Source: a virus (Duplodnaviria > Caudoviricetes). Taken from it: 64,000 nt of DNA. This document shows, piece by piece, positions 27,544 through 37,253 of the stretch. The position numbers and the translations under genes are program-made. The DNA lies in the IMG/VR virus record IMGVR_UViG_3300009169_000021, positions 1,885 to 65,884 of that record; one strand, written 5' to 3'. Below the pieces are notes generated by a model. It did no database searches and had not been told where the DNA came from. It worked only from the letters and a program-made list of their open reading frames with translations. How positions within the stretch are numbered: the first letter of the stretch is position 1; each line of letters opens with the position of its first letter.

Positions 27544-28208
27544 TGAGAAAAAAATATACAGAATGCTACGGTGTAATTTATTGCACCACTAATTTAATAA
27601 ATGGTAAAATTTATATTGGTAAATCTGTGTATGATGATCCTAAGTATATAGGATCAGGAAATTTGATTAAAAGTGCTATAAAGAAATATGGTAAAGAGAA
27701 TTTTAAAAAAGATATTCTCTGTACATGTTTCTCAGAGGAAGAATTAAATACTTCTGAGAAACATTTTATTAAAGTAATGAATTCTCAAATTATAGGTTAT
27801 AATATTTTAGAAGGTGGGACAGGTATCGTAAAAGGGTATAAGTTTTCAGAAGAACGTAATTTAAAAATGGGAAGGAGTTTAAAAGGACGTGTTTTTTCAG
27901 ATGAAACACGAAAACTTCAAAGTAAAATAAGAATAGAAAATGAGTTAGCTAAGGGAGAAAATAATGGGATGTATGGTAAGCACCATACTGAAGAATCAAA
28001 ATCAAAAACAAGACAAACAATAGAGGAAAATGGGGGGCGTAAAGGTAAAAAGAATTCTAATTATAATAGCGATTTTGATCAATATATAAATGCAATGGCG
28101 TTTTTAAAGTATACTGGGGTTGCTATTATTGATATAGCTAAACAATTTAATTGTTCTGTTGATATAGTTAGAAAAAGAATGAATATACAGGAGAGTTGTT
28201 GGTGGTAA
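27543..28208 (+). CDS. GIY-YIG homing endonuclease (Seg-like, NUMOD3 repeats)
   Basis: VIY.TTNLINGKIYIG, YIGSG, KYGKENF, GYNI..GG.G, GENNGMYGKHHTEE; HTH-like end. Confidence 0.88.
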   Translation: MRKKYTECYGVIYCTTNLINGKIYIGKSVYDDPKYIGSGNLIKSAIKKYGKENFKKDILCTCFSEEELNTSEKHFIKVMNSQIIGYNILEGGTGIVKGYKFSEERNLKMGRSLKGRVFSDETRKLQSKIRIENELAKGENNGMYGKHHTEESKSKTRQTIEENGGRKGKKNSNYNSDFDQYINAMAFLKYTGVAIIDIAKQFNCSVDIVRKRMNIQESCWW

Positions 28209-29119
28209 ATAAAAAATCTTACTTAATTTGTGCACCACACTATGATAGAAGATCGAGTGGCATCAAAGCATTATATTTACTTTGTGGGGAGTTAAATGAT
28301 CTTGGATATACTGCATACATTACAGGAGATTCTAGAGATTGTGGATATAATACAAAAAGTATATTTTCTTTAAATAAAGACCAATTAAAAGACATTCAAT
28401 TAAATGGAGTAGTTATTTACCCTGATAATATTATTAATGGCAATCCTTTACGTTTTACAAATGTAGTAAGATGGTTTTTAGGTATTACTTGTATTACTCC
28501 TAAACACGAGCTAGTTTTTTCTATGTCCCCTTCCCATAACTTTTTCGTTAGGGCTCCTTACAATTTAATGATTCTAAGAGTTGAATCTTATTTTAAATTA
28601 CCAGAAGTAGAGAATAGAACAAAGAAATGTTTTAGAGTTGGTAAAGGTAGTGCTATTCCTAGATTATCCGTTACAGATGGATGTATAGAAATAACAGCAG
28701 ACTATCCATCTAACAGAAGAGAACTTGCTAAATTGTTACAAGAATGTGAAGTGATGTATACTTATGATAATTTTACATTTCTTATTACTGAAGCACTTCT
28801 TTGTGGGTGTCCTGTAGTAATACTTGGACATCCTATAACAGCAAAAGAAAATCTTAAAAATAATATATTATTTAAATATGGAGCAGGATTTATTGATGAT
28901 CCAGATTTAGATATTAAAAAACTTAAAGAAGAAATTCCATTACAAATAGAATTATGGAATCAACTTATGAATAATTCAAAAAAAGAATTATTAGAATTTA
29001 TAACATTAACTCAAAATATGAATAATGAGTATGTAGAAGATTTAGGATCACCAGAACCACATCCTTGGATTGCATTAGGATTTTGGTCTGATTTTTTTAG
29101 CTTATTCAAGGAGAGATAA
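28196..29119 (+). CDS. putative GT-B glycosyltransferase-like protein
   Basis: P.Y...SSGI..L..LC..L...G, IYP...GNPL....VRW.L, Y.YD..T....EA.LCGCPVV. Confidence 0.55.
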   Translation: MLVVNKKSYLICAPHYDRRSSGIKALYLLCGELNDLGYTAYITGDSRDCGYNTKSIFSLNKDQLKDIQLNGVVIYPDNIINGNPLRFTNVVRWFLGITCITPKHELVFSMSPSHNFFVRAPYNLMILRVESYFKLPEVENRTKKCFRVGKGSAIPRLSVTDGCIEITADYPSNRRELAKLLQECEVMYTYDNFTFLITEALLCGCPVVILGHPITAKENLKNNILFKYGAGFIDDPDLDIKKLKEEIPLQIELWNQLMNNSKKELLEFITLTQNMNNEYVEDLGSPEPHPWIALGFWSDFFSLFKER

Positions 29120-29733
29120 TGGCACTGCATATAATTACACCGTTTAGTCGTCTAGAGAATTTACAATTCTATATAGATAATTTGAAAGATAAAAATATTA
29201 TATGGCATCCTATCTTTCAAGGGGGGGTTCCCAAAGAATTAGAGGTCTTTGATTGGATAAGAGCTTTGAATGTTTTTGAGATTCCGGAAGGAATATACCC
29301 TAATATTTATAAATGCAATACATTTATATATCATACTTACCTTATAGAAGATAATGATCGTTATTTATTTATGAATGATGACGATTGGTTTGAAGATAAT
29401 GTATTTGAACAATTCAAAGAAGAGAATGATCCTGAAGATGATGTATGTTTTATATCTATGAAAAGAGGTTATGGAAATTTAGGGACTTGGAATGGTTCAC
29501 ATGGAACTTTCACTCTTATGGTTGACCTTAATAGAGTAATAGTAGGTAATATTGGTTTTGAACAAATGTGTGTTAAAGGTAGAGTGCTTAAACAAATGGA
29601 GTTTGAAAATAATGGTTGCTTTGATGGGCTTATGGCTATGAAGTTACATGAACAATATAAAGTTAAACCATTATATGAAGTATATGCTTTATTTAACTGG
29701 TTAGAAAAAGGAAGATGGGATAAAAAGGAATAA
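29119..29733 (+). CDS. putative GT-A glycosyltransferase
   Basis: IITPFSR.ENL, F.NDDD, DG; located in the glycan island. Confidence 0.6.
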   Translation: MALHIITPFSRLENLQFYIDNLKDKNIIWHPIFQGGVPKELEVFDWIRALNVFEIPEGIYPNIYKCNTFIYHTYLIEDNDRYLFMNDDDWFEDNVFEQFKEENDPEDDVCFISMKRGYGNLGTWNGSHGTFTLMVDLNRVIVGNIGFEQMCVKGRVLKQMEFENNGCFDGLMAMKLHEQYKVKPLYEVYALFNWLEKGRWDKKE

Positions 29734-29736
29734 AAA

Positions 29737-29946
29737 ATGGAATGGATAAGTGTTAAAGATACATTACCTGAAAGACAAAAAGATGTTTTATGTTATACAT
29801 TAAAAGGTAATTTTACTATAGGATATTATGATTGTTTTGATGATGGTAGTATATTATGGTTTCCTAATTCTTATGAAGCGGATTTTTTTGCAAAAAACGA
29901 AGTTACTCATTGGATGTTTCTTCAATCTCCAAAGGAAGGTATATAG
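29737..29946 (+). CDS. DUF551-family protein
   Basis: MEWISVKD.LPE....VL...VTHWM. Confidence 0.8.
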   Translation: MEWISVKDTLPERQKDVLCYTLKGNFTIGYYDCFDDGSILWFPNSYEADFFAKNEVTHWMFLQSPKEGI

Positions 29947-29948
29947 AT

Positions 29949-30641
29949 ATGCAAGAACAAATAATATTATGCATACCAACATTAACTCAGTATGCATTAG
30001 CCATTAAAGAAATACTAAGTGCTGAAGCTGGCGCACTAAAACCTGATAAATATATTATTATAGATAATGGGGGTACTTTTGAAGATACTTTAGAACGAGC
30101 TAATCTTGATATCACTGTAATAGATAAGCTTAATATAATAAATCCTGAAAAGAATTTAGGGTGTGCAGCTTCTTGGAATATCTTTTTAAAAGAATATCCT
30201 AATGATATATGTATTATAGCTAATGATGATATAACTTTTGAATTTAATGCTATAGAAGGTTTAATAGATTGTTATAATCAATCTAAAAATGATCCAACTA
30301 TTGGTATGGTTACTTTATATGGAATAAATGCACATTCACACTATTGTTGTTTTATTGTAACTCCTAATGCTATAGAAAAAATAGGATATTTTGATGAAAC
30401 ATTTTACCCAGCATATTATGAAGATTGTGATTATGATTATAGATTGCGATTAGTTGGATTAACTACAATTTTTTCAGAAAAGGGAAGATATGATCATGTT
30501 GGTAGTGCTACACATAAAGCTCTTACCCCTGAACAATTAGAACAACATCATATTACGTTTGTAAAAAATAGAGATTATTATGAAGCTAAATGGGGAGGAG
30601 AATTATACAAAGAAACTTTTCTTACTCCATTTAATAAATAA
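29949..30641 (+). CDS. GT2-family glycosyltransferase
   Basis: IIDNG, NLG.A.SWN, ANDD, G.FDE.FYPAYYED.DY..R, H..SAT, KWG; ATG 29949 preferred. Confidence 0.82.
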   Translation: MQEQIILCIPTLTQYALAIKEILSAEAGALKPDKYIIIDNGGTFEDTLERANLDITVIDKLNIINPEKNLGCAASWNIFLKEYPNDICIIANDDITFEFNAIEGLIDCYNQSKNDPTIGMVTLYGINAHSHYCCFIVTPNAIEKIGYFDETFYPAYYEDCDYDYRLRLVGLTTIFSEKGRYDHVGSATHKALTPEQLEQHHITFVKNRDYYEAKWGGELYKETFLTPFNK

Positions 30642-30688
30642 TAAAAAAGTTGTTTACTTTTTATAATAGTTCTGATAGAGTAGTTACA

Positions 30689-30721
30689 ACCTAATACTAA
30701 TATAAAAAATTGGTATTAGGT
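30689..30721 (+). promoter_or_regulatory. late motif inside an RBS-sequestering hairpin
   Basis: ACCTAATAC/GTATTAGGT inverted repeat; TACTAAT at 30695-30701 in the 5' arm, AGGT RBS in the 3' arm. Confidence 0.55.
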
Positions 30722-30728
30722 GAGAATT

Positions 30729-31196
30729 ATGAGTAGACTTATAAAGCAAGCATTAGATGATTATTTTCAAAAAGATGATGTACTAACTGAGCAAATATTT
30801 AATCAATTAACACTATATATTTATTCTTTAAATTCAGATCAACATGATTTATATTTACTCGCTAAATTATTAGATACAGAAAATCTACAAAAACTAATAG
30901 GATATTATGATGGAGATATTTTAAAACTTCCTACTAGAGAAGAATATAAAACAAGTATATTAACAGCTTTATGTTTCTGGTTAAAAACTTTTAAAGGATA
31001 TAGTTGGTCAGAAATAAAAGAGTATTTAAATATTCCTGAAAATAATAAAGATATTTTATCTTCTATATCGATAGGAGGAAAAATAAATAGAGTAAAAGAA
31101 TCTCTAGGAAAAGATCTTCTTGAAGCTTTAGAACAAACAGATGAAAAACAATTTGTAGAATTTTATAGAAGAAGTCAGGGAGTAAATCATGAGTAA
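30729..31196 (+). CDS. hypothetical protein, possible Mor-like regulator
   Basis: L..LI.YY.G..LKLPT followed by an HTH-like segment; ATG 30729 follows AGGTGA. Confidence 0.35.
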   Translation: MSRLIKQALDDYFQKDDVLTEQIFNQLTLYIYSLNSDQHDLYLLAKLLDTENLQKLIGYYDGDILKLPTREEYKTSILTALCFWLKTFKGYSWSEIKEYLNIPENNKDILSSISIGGKINRVKESLGKDLLEALEQTDEKQFVEFYRRSQGVNHE

Positions 31197-31638
31197 AGAT
31201 ATAATAGAAAAAGTTGATGAAGTATTTGAACTAACTGAATCTCAAAAAGATAGGGATAGTGTAGCTAAATTATCAGTAGAAAATTTATATGGATTTTTAA
31301 ATGGTTATATGAGAAATATATCATCTAAAAATGCACTTAAAAATAAAATAGAAAGTTTATTATTAACTCGAATAGAAGAGGAAGAAGAAGACTTACCTTA
31401 TGGAGTTTTAATTAAATTACTAGAAGTATTAGGGAAAAATGAAGTTGAAGCAGCTACACCAATTCTTAAAATAATAGAAGCAGCAGTAAAACAACCTGAA
31501 TCATCATTTAATCCTAATGCTGGAACTAAAGAAGATGAAAAGGATGAAAGTTCAAAAGTTACTCAGGATGATTATAAGAATGTTAAAAAATTTCTTAAAG
31601 TCATTGAAGATCTTGAAAAAACAGAATTCCCTAAATAA
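31189..31638 (+). CDS. hypothetical helical protein
   Basis: GGGAG RBS; 149 aa. Confidence 0.6.
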   Translation: MSKDIIEKVDEVFELTESQKDRDSVAKLSVENLYGFLNGYMRNISSKNALKNKIESLLLTRIEEEEEDLPYGVLIKLLEVLGKNEVEAATPILKIIEAAVKQPESSFNPNAGTKEDEKDESSKVTQDDYKNVKKFLKVIEDLEKTEFPK

Positions 31639-31650
31639 AGGAGAAATATA

Positions 31651-32625
31651 TTGTTATACTCAAATATTGTAATTGATACAAATAATTTATTTTGGCGTAC
31701 TGTAATTACTACTATTAAACAAACTATTAAAGAAGACGATGAAAGAGAGTTTTATTCAGCATCTATTCAAGATTCATTAGTTCGTATACAAGAATTCATG
31801 AAACAATATGGAACTAAAGATTGTAAAGTTTATTTATTATGTGATAATCCATTCTCTAAAATAAATCAAAGAGAAGAAATATATTCATCATATAAACATG
31901 CTAGAAAAAATAAAAATATTCCACCCGTATTTTATAAATCATTAGACAAACTTATTGAAATATTAAAAATATACAATAATAATTTTTATATAGTAAAAGC
32001 TGATGGATATGAAGCAGATGATTTAGTTCCTATAGTATTAGATCATATAGAAAAAAATAATGCTGGACAGACTCTACTTATAAGTGCTGATATGGATTGG
32101 GCTAGAGATATAAATAATAATATAAATAATAATATAAACATGAATGTACATTGGTTTAACTATACTCAAATACTTGATATAGATAAATTTAATACTGAGT
32201 ATGGATTTAATCCTAATAATAATGGGGTTAAAATGTATAAATGTATTCATGGAGATAAAAGTGATTGTATAGAAAATGCTGTTCCATATCTCCCCAAAGA
32301 AATACTTCTATATATAGTAAATAAATATAGTTCTTTATTAGATTTATTTTCTAATTTATGGTCAGATAATAGTATACCTAAACAGTGGAAACTAAAAATA
32401 AAAGATTGTGAAGTACAACTTAAAATAAATTATCAATTAGTTGATTATTCTATTATTGATTTATCCTTTACTGATATAGCTTATAAATGTATAGAGGACA
32501 TAGAAAAATTACGCTCATGGTTTATACTTTTAGATATACAATTTTTCAATTTCATGATGGACCCTAAACGTGATGTTTCAAACTTTTTAGGGAAGAAAAA
32601 ATTTAGAAGATATGGAAGTTTTTAA
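31651..32625 (+). CDS. 5'-3' exonuclease / T4 RNase H-like (FEN/PIN fold)
   Basis: IDTNNL, YK..R, EADD, SADMD, GDKSD. Confidence 0.88.
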   Translation: MLYSNIVIDTNNLFWRTVITTIKQTIKEDDEREFYSASIQDSLVRIQEFMKQYGTKDCKVYLLCDNPFSKINQREEIYSSYKHARKNKNIPPVFYKSLDKLIEILKIYNNNFYIVKADGYEADDLVPIVLDHIEKNNAGQTLLISADMDWARDINNNINNNINMNVHWFNYTQILDIDKFNTEYGFNPNNNGVKMYKCIHGDKSDCIENAVPYLPKEILLYIVNKYSSLLDLFSNLWSDNSIPKQWKLKIKDCEVQLKINYQLVDYSIIDLSFTDIAYKCIEDIEKLRSWFILLDIQFFNFMMDPKRDVSNFLGKKKFRRYGSF

Positions 32626-32626
32626 T

Positions 32627-32656
32627 TATACTTTTTATAAATTTTTAATTATATTA
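32627..32656 (+). promoter_or_regulatory. sigma70-type promoter
   Basis: TATACT-17 bp-TATATT, followed by a (TA)n run and AAGGAG. Confidence 0.65.
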
Positions 32657-32689
32657 TATATATATATATAAATTAAATAAGGAGAATTC

Positions 32690-34084
32690 ATGGCAGGTAC
32701 ATTTGAAAAATTTATACCATCCGTAGAAAAAGATGAAAAATATTTTCTTGCACATATATTAAAAAATCCTCAAGAATTAAACTTACTTCCAGAAAAACAT
32801 TTTAAAACAACTCAGGGTAGACACTTCTATAAAACTATACATACACTTCATAATGAGAATATAACTCAATATGATAATATTCTTATAAAAAGAAGTAATA
32901 TACATTTAGAACAAGATTATATTGATTCTATATTTAGGATTAGACTAAAAGATAAAGAATATCTTAATCATTGTATAAAAAACATAAAAGATTATGAAGT
33001 TAAATTATCTATAGGAGATACTACAGAAAAATTTCTTACACAAGTTACACAGAGTGGGGATTTAAATTATGATACTATTAGACAACTTGCTAATGATATA
33101 TTATATAATTCTATTAAACTTGATCAAGATTCAACTCTAAGAACTTATACTGATTTATCAAATACATATAGAGAAACTTTACAAAGAAGACTAGCTGGAG
33201 AGGGTAAAAAAAGTTTAGGATTTAAAAGTCTTGATAGAATAATTCCTAGACCAGCAGCAGCAGGGGAAATGACAACTTGCTTCGGAATGAAAGGATCAGG
33301 CAAATCGTTAAAGGTAAAATCAATTGAGAATATGTTAATAAATTCATATGTTCCAGTTGTATCTATAAATTTAGAGATGACTGAAGAATCTAATATGGAT
33401 AGAAAAATATCAGTAGCTACAAATTATTCTCTTGATCAATTATTAGATATGGAATTTTTAAAATCAGAAGAAAATATAAAATTTATAGAAGACTCTCTTG
33501 TAAGATTAGAAGAAAAGAAAAACTATATATATTATGCAGAACCAGAAATGTCATTAGATCAACTTGATTCATATTTATATAAATGTAAAGAGCATTTTAG
33601 AGATAATAAAGTTTTACCAAAAGATGAATATATGTTTATTACTATAGATCTTACAGAACAAATAGAAGAATTATCAGGTAAAGCGGGAACTGAGTTAAAA
33701 CCTGGAGTAAATAGACTATTACAATTATCTAAAAAACACAAGTGTCATATTATGAATGTACTTCAATCTAATGAAAATTTATTTAGAGGGGGGAAAATGT
33801 TTTCTTCTCCAGAAGCATGTGATTCATTTACTCTTTCAACTTCGATGGTAGAAGGCGGTAGTGTTTATGCTGCAAGATCTAGGGTTGTATTAGCGGTTAA
33901 TAGACCTTTACTTTTAAAACGTCAATATTTTCCTAGTAGAAATGAAGAATGGGATTTGGAAGACGATATTATGTTTATAAATATCGTTAAAATGAACGAT
34001 GGTAAATTAGGTAGAGCACCATTTGTTTTTTCAGATGATAGTTTTAGACTTGTTCCTTATGATCCAGGAAAAACTACTAACTAA
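32690..34084 (+). CDS. DnaB-like (SF4) replicative helicase
   Basis: G...LD, Walker A GMKGSGKS, LEM, ITID, Q.N, K.NDG..G. Confidence 0.8.
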   Translation: MAGTFEKFIPSVEKDEKYFLAHILKNPQELNLLPEKHFKTTQGRHFYKTIHTLHNENITQYDNILIKRSNIHLEQDYIDSIFRIRLKDKEYLNHCIKNIKDYEVKLSIGDTTEKFLTQVTQSGDLNYDTIRQLANDILYNSIKLDQDSTLRTYTDLSNTYRETLQRRLAGEGKKSLGFKSLDRIIPRPAAAGEMTTCFGMKGSGKSLKVKSIENMLINSYVPVVSINLEMTEESNMDRKISVATNYSLDQLLDMEFLKSEENIKFIEDSLVRLEEKKNYIYYAEPEMSLDQLDSYLYKCKEHFRDNKVLPKDEYMFITIDLTEQIEELSGKAGTELKPGVNRLLQLSKKHKCHIMNVLQSNENLFRGGKMFSSPEACDSFTLSTSMVEGGSVYAARSRVVLAVNRPLLLKRQYFPSRNEEWDLEDDIMFINIVKMNDGKLGRAPFVFSDDSFRLVPYDPGKTTN

Positions 34085-34243
34085 AAAGGGGATTTAAAAT
34101 GAAAGCGATTATGTGTAAAAAGAGACAGATTATGATAGATAAAGAATTAGAAAAATGTAATGAATGTATTAAGAAGAGTTTATCTGGATTTGTAGATAAA
34201 GAAACTTGTGAAGGTTTTAATTTAAATTATGTAGAGGTTAAAG

Positions 34244-34510
34244 ATGATTTATTGTCATTTTAAATGTAACAAATGTGAAGAAGTTATAGAAGTATTTAAA
34301 GAAACTGTAATGGAAGATTTCCCTAATTCTGTTAAGTGTACTAAGTGTAAAAGTAAAGATACTTATAGAATGTGGAATGATATGCCACTTACTGAAGTTT
34401 GTCAAGGTTCATTAGGAAATTCAAAAAATAATTATGAAGCTGGAATGGTATATCATCCTTCAGGACTTACTGGTCATACGAAAAGAACAGTTGTTAAAAA
34501 AATTAAATAG
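34244..34510 (+). CDS. FmdB-like Zn-ribbon protein
   Basis: FKC.KC...E...KC.KC.S....R. Confidence 0.65.
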   Translation: MIYCHFKCNKCEEVIEVFKETVMEDFPNSVKCTKCKSKDTYRMWNDMPLTEVCQGSLGNSKNNYEAGMVYHPSGLTGHTKRTVVKKIK

Positions 34511-34521
34511 GGAGAATTATT

Positions 34522-34770
34522 ATGATAAGAATTAAGAAAGAGATTAATGATGTAATAGCAGTAAAAAATCTTGTTGGAATTAAAGCAAATGATATTCTTA
34601 AAAGAAAAATAGATAATTGTTATTATGAAGTAGAGAGTATTCACTCTATTACAAACAGTACAGAAACTGCTTATTATAATTTCTATGGATTTACTATAAA
34701 AGGAAAAGAGAATTTAAAATTTCATTTTGAAAATGTTAATAATAATTTTGAGGTATATACTAAAAAATGA
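34522..34770 (+). CDS. hypothetical protein
   Basis: GGGAG RBS. Confidence 0.55.
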   Translation: MIRIKKEINDVIAVKNLVGIKANDILKRKIDNCYYEVESIHSITNSTETAYYNFYGFTIKGKENLKFHFENVNNNFEVYTKK

Positions 34771-35507
34771 GAATTCTTTATATAAGTTTATTTCCTGAGA
34801 ATAATAATTGTCATGAAATTCAAAATTTAAAATATTTTATAGATTCATCAATAGATTATGGAATAGATAATATATTTTGTTATAGATTGTTTTCTGCTCA
34901 TAATTCAATGGTTGAACAATTGAGAAAAGTATTTAATTGTAATGAAAATAATTTAGAGAATTTATTTGATTTTAATAATATCATACAAATAAAAAAATTA
35001 GATACAAATTTTTCTAATAATATAGACGAGTTAAGAGCACATGAAATTTCATTTTGTAAACAGAAAATTCATACTTTTATAACTCTTGAAAATGTTTATA
35101 ATAACTTTGATTATATCTTTTATAATGATGCTGATATAAGAATAGATGCTAACGATATAGTAGAACTTTGTAAAGTATTAGAATCTAAAAATAAAGATGA
35201 ACAACACTATTTTGTAAATATCCCCTATGTTCTTAAAATAACTAAACAGGTAGTAGAAGATAGTTTAGGTTCTTATATATTACCTAAAAGTATTGTAAAA
35301 CAATCAGAATATATCTTAGATAAAATATATGAAACATATCAAAAAGATGATTTAATATATAGAAAAGGTGCTCCTGATTGGATTATAAGAAAGCAACTAC
35401 TTCTGCACGAGTATAATGAAATTAGGGGTGATAGTTGTCATACTCAACATTATTTAAGTAATGAAAATTACTATGAATATGATAGTAGAAGAATAAGCTT
35501 CTTTTAG
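34767..35507 (+). CDS. putative GT-A fold glycosyltransferase
   Basis: FDYIFYNDADI (DxD after a beta strand), later PD and H. Confidence 0.45.
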   Translation: MRILYISLFPENNNCHEIQNLKYFIDSSIDYGIDNIFCYRLFSAHNSMVEQLRKVFNCNENNLENLFDFNNIIQIKKLDTNFSNNIDELRAHEISFCKQKIHTFITLENVYNNFDYIFYNDADIRIDANDIVELCKVLESKNKDEQHYFVNIPYVLKITKQVVEDSLGSYILPKSIVKQSEYILDKIYETYQKDDLIYRKGAPDWIIRKQLLLHEYNEIRGDSCHTQHYLSNENYYEYDSRRISFF

Positions 35508-35531
35508 AAAAAAATAATTAAATACCTTTTA

Positions 35532-35538
35532 TACTAAT
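35532..35538 (+). promoter_or_regulatory. putative late promoter TACTAAT
   Basis: Intergenic, upstream of 35612. Confidence 0.55.
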
Positions 35539-35611
35539 ATATAAAATATGATATAGGGTTTAAAACACTCTTAATTATAATTTAATATTTTATCATATAA
35601 GAGGTATTTAA

Positions 35612-35893
35612 ATGTCAGGAACATGGAGAAGACCAAGAATTATCACAGACACTGTAACAGCAGCCGAAGCTAGTGCAGGTAAGAAAATTATATTTATCGG
35701 TACAGGAGTTCCTACTGTTGCAACAGATCCAGTTGCATATGTAATAACAATAAAAAGAGCTAATATAGATTTTACAAACAAATCATATCATGAACATAGT
35801 ACTGTTTCTGGTGCGATAGTTGTTAAAACTAATTCAACAGATTATATTCTTACTGAAAATGATGTTATTAGTTTAATGTGTACATACGTTTAA
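35612..35893 (+). CDS. small putative virion (decoration-type) protein
   Basis: T/A/V-rich beta protein with its own late motif and terminator. Confidence 0.45.
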   Translation: MSGTWRRPRIITDTVTAAEASAGKKIIFIGTGVPTVATDPVAYVITIKRANIDFTNKSYHEHSTVSGAIVVKTNSTDYILTENDVISLMCTYV

Positions 35894-35906
35894 TAGGAAC
35901 TTAAAA

Positions 35907-35938
35907 TATCTCTCTTGAAATATAGAGAGATAGTTTTT
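35907..35938 (+). terminator. Rho-independent terminator
   Basis: TATCTCTCT/AGAGAGATA stem followed by a T tract. Confidence 0.7.
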
Positions 35939-35963
35939 CAAAATTATTACAAGGAGAAGTTTT

Positions 35964-37253
35964 TTGAAAAGTTTAATAGCTGATAAAAAAGAAAATTTAA
36001 AAGTAATATTATGTGGAGATTCATTTAAAAAAATATCAGGACTTTCTTATGTAACTTTAAATTTTGCAAAATATTTTTCTCAAAAAGGTTATAAAGTATA
36101 TTATTTAATTCTGACTGGAGAAAATTGTGAAACAGTGGATTTATGTGATAAAGGTCATTTCTTCTATGAAAATCTTTTTGATATGACTATTATAAATTGT
36201 CAAAATAAAAAAGATGGTTCTTCAGTTTTATTTGATAATACTATAAAAGAAATAAAACCCAATCTAGTTTTTTCTTGTCATGATTTATGGCAGTTTGAAA
36301 ATATTGCTAATTCTGCTTATAGATATACTTATAAATGGATTTCATATTGTCCAATAGAAAGTCATTCTTATTCTGAATATATTATAAACCCTACTCAAAG
36401 AAATAAAGTTTTAAGAAAATCATTATCAGATATATGTAATTGTATGGATTATGCTATAGGATATAATACTGTAGGTAATGATCAACTTAAAAAATTAAAA
36501 GCAGAAACTCTTCCCCCATTACCTAATGGATTAGATTATTATTATTTTACTGCTGGAGATGTAAGTAGACAAAAATCATTTAAAGGATTGGTAAAAGATG
36601 ATGACTTTTTATTTATTACAGTTGGACATAATTTTCAACGAAAAGGATTAGATTATGTAATAGATGCATTTTATAAATTTTTACAATACTTTCCTATAGA
36701 AGCTAGATCAAAATATAAATTATATATACACGGTATGCTAGACACTATTGATGCTGGAACAGATATTAAAACAATGTTATATGATTTAGGTATTATGAAT
36801 AATGTTATTATGGCTCAAGCAGGGCAACAATTACCTAAAAGAGATCTTTATAAAAGATACCTATGTGGAAATTGTTATATAGGGTTACCACTTGCTGAAG
36901 GTTATGGTTATGGTTTTATGGAAGCACAAATAAATGGTCTACCTATTATATATCATAATGTAGGTGGTATATCAGAATATTTAAGTGATAATAGACAAGT
37001 TAATAGTGTTGGTGATATGAGACCTAATAACTATTATTGTATATGGAAAATTCCTGATGTAGATGATGCTGTTGATCAAATGTTATTAGTAGTAAGTAAT
37101 AAACATAATATTGATATAAATTTAAATCGAAATAGTTGTAGAAATAATTATACTTGGACTAAAGTATTTGAACAATTAGATAATCAAATAGATTTTAATG
37201 CATGTGAAGAGGATAATCTTTTTAATAAACTAGGAATTAAAAGAGTATACTGA
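35964..37253 (+). CDS. GT4 (GT-B) glycosyltransferase
   Basis: SG.S.V, PNG.D, VG.N..RKG, EGYG..FMEA...GLP. Confidence 0.85.
   Translation: MKSLIADKKENLKVILCGDSFKKISGLSYVTLNFAKYFSQKGYKVYYLILTGENCETVDLCDKGHFFYENLFDMTIINCQNKKDGSSVLFDNTIKEIKPNLVFSCHDLWQFENIANSAYRYTYKWISYCPIESHSYSEYIINPTQRNKVLRKSLSDICNCMDYAIGYNTVGNDQLKKLKAETLPPLPNGLDYYYFTAGDVSRQKSFKGLVKDDDFLFITVGHNFQRKGLDYVIDAFYKFLQYFPIEARSKYKLYIHGMLDTIDAGTDIKTMLYDLGIMNNVIMAQAGQQLPKRDLYKRYLCGNCYIGLPLAEGYGYGFMEAQINGLPIIYHNVGGISEYLSDNRQVNSVGDMRPNNYYCIWKIPDVDDAVDQMLLVVSNKHNIDINLNRNSCRNNYTWTKVFEQLDNQIDFNACEEDNLFNKLGIKRVY

Noticed and set aside
32650-32672. (TA)n run upstream of the helicase as a phase-variation switch
   Set aside because: It lies downstream of the -10 element, so it would not change promoter spacing, and such runs are expected at this AT content.
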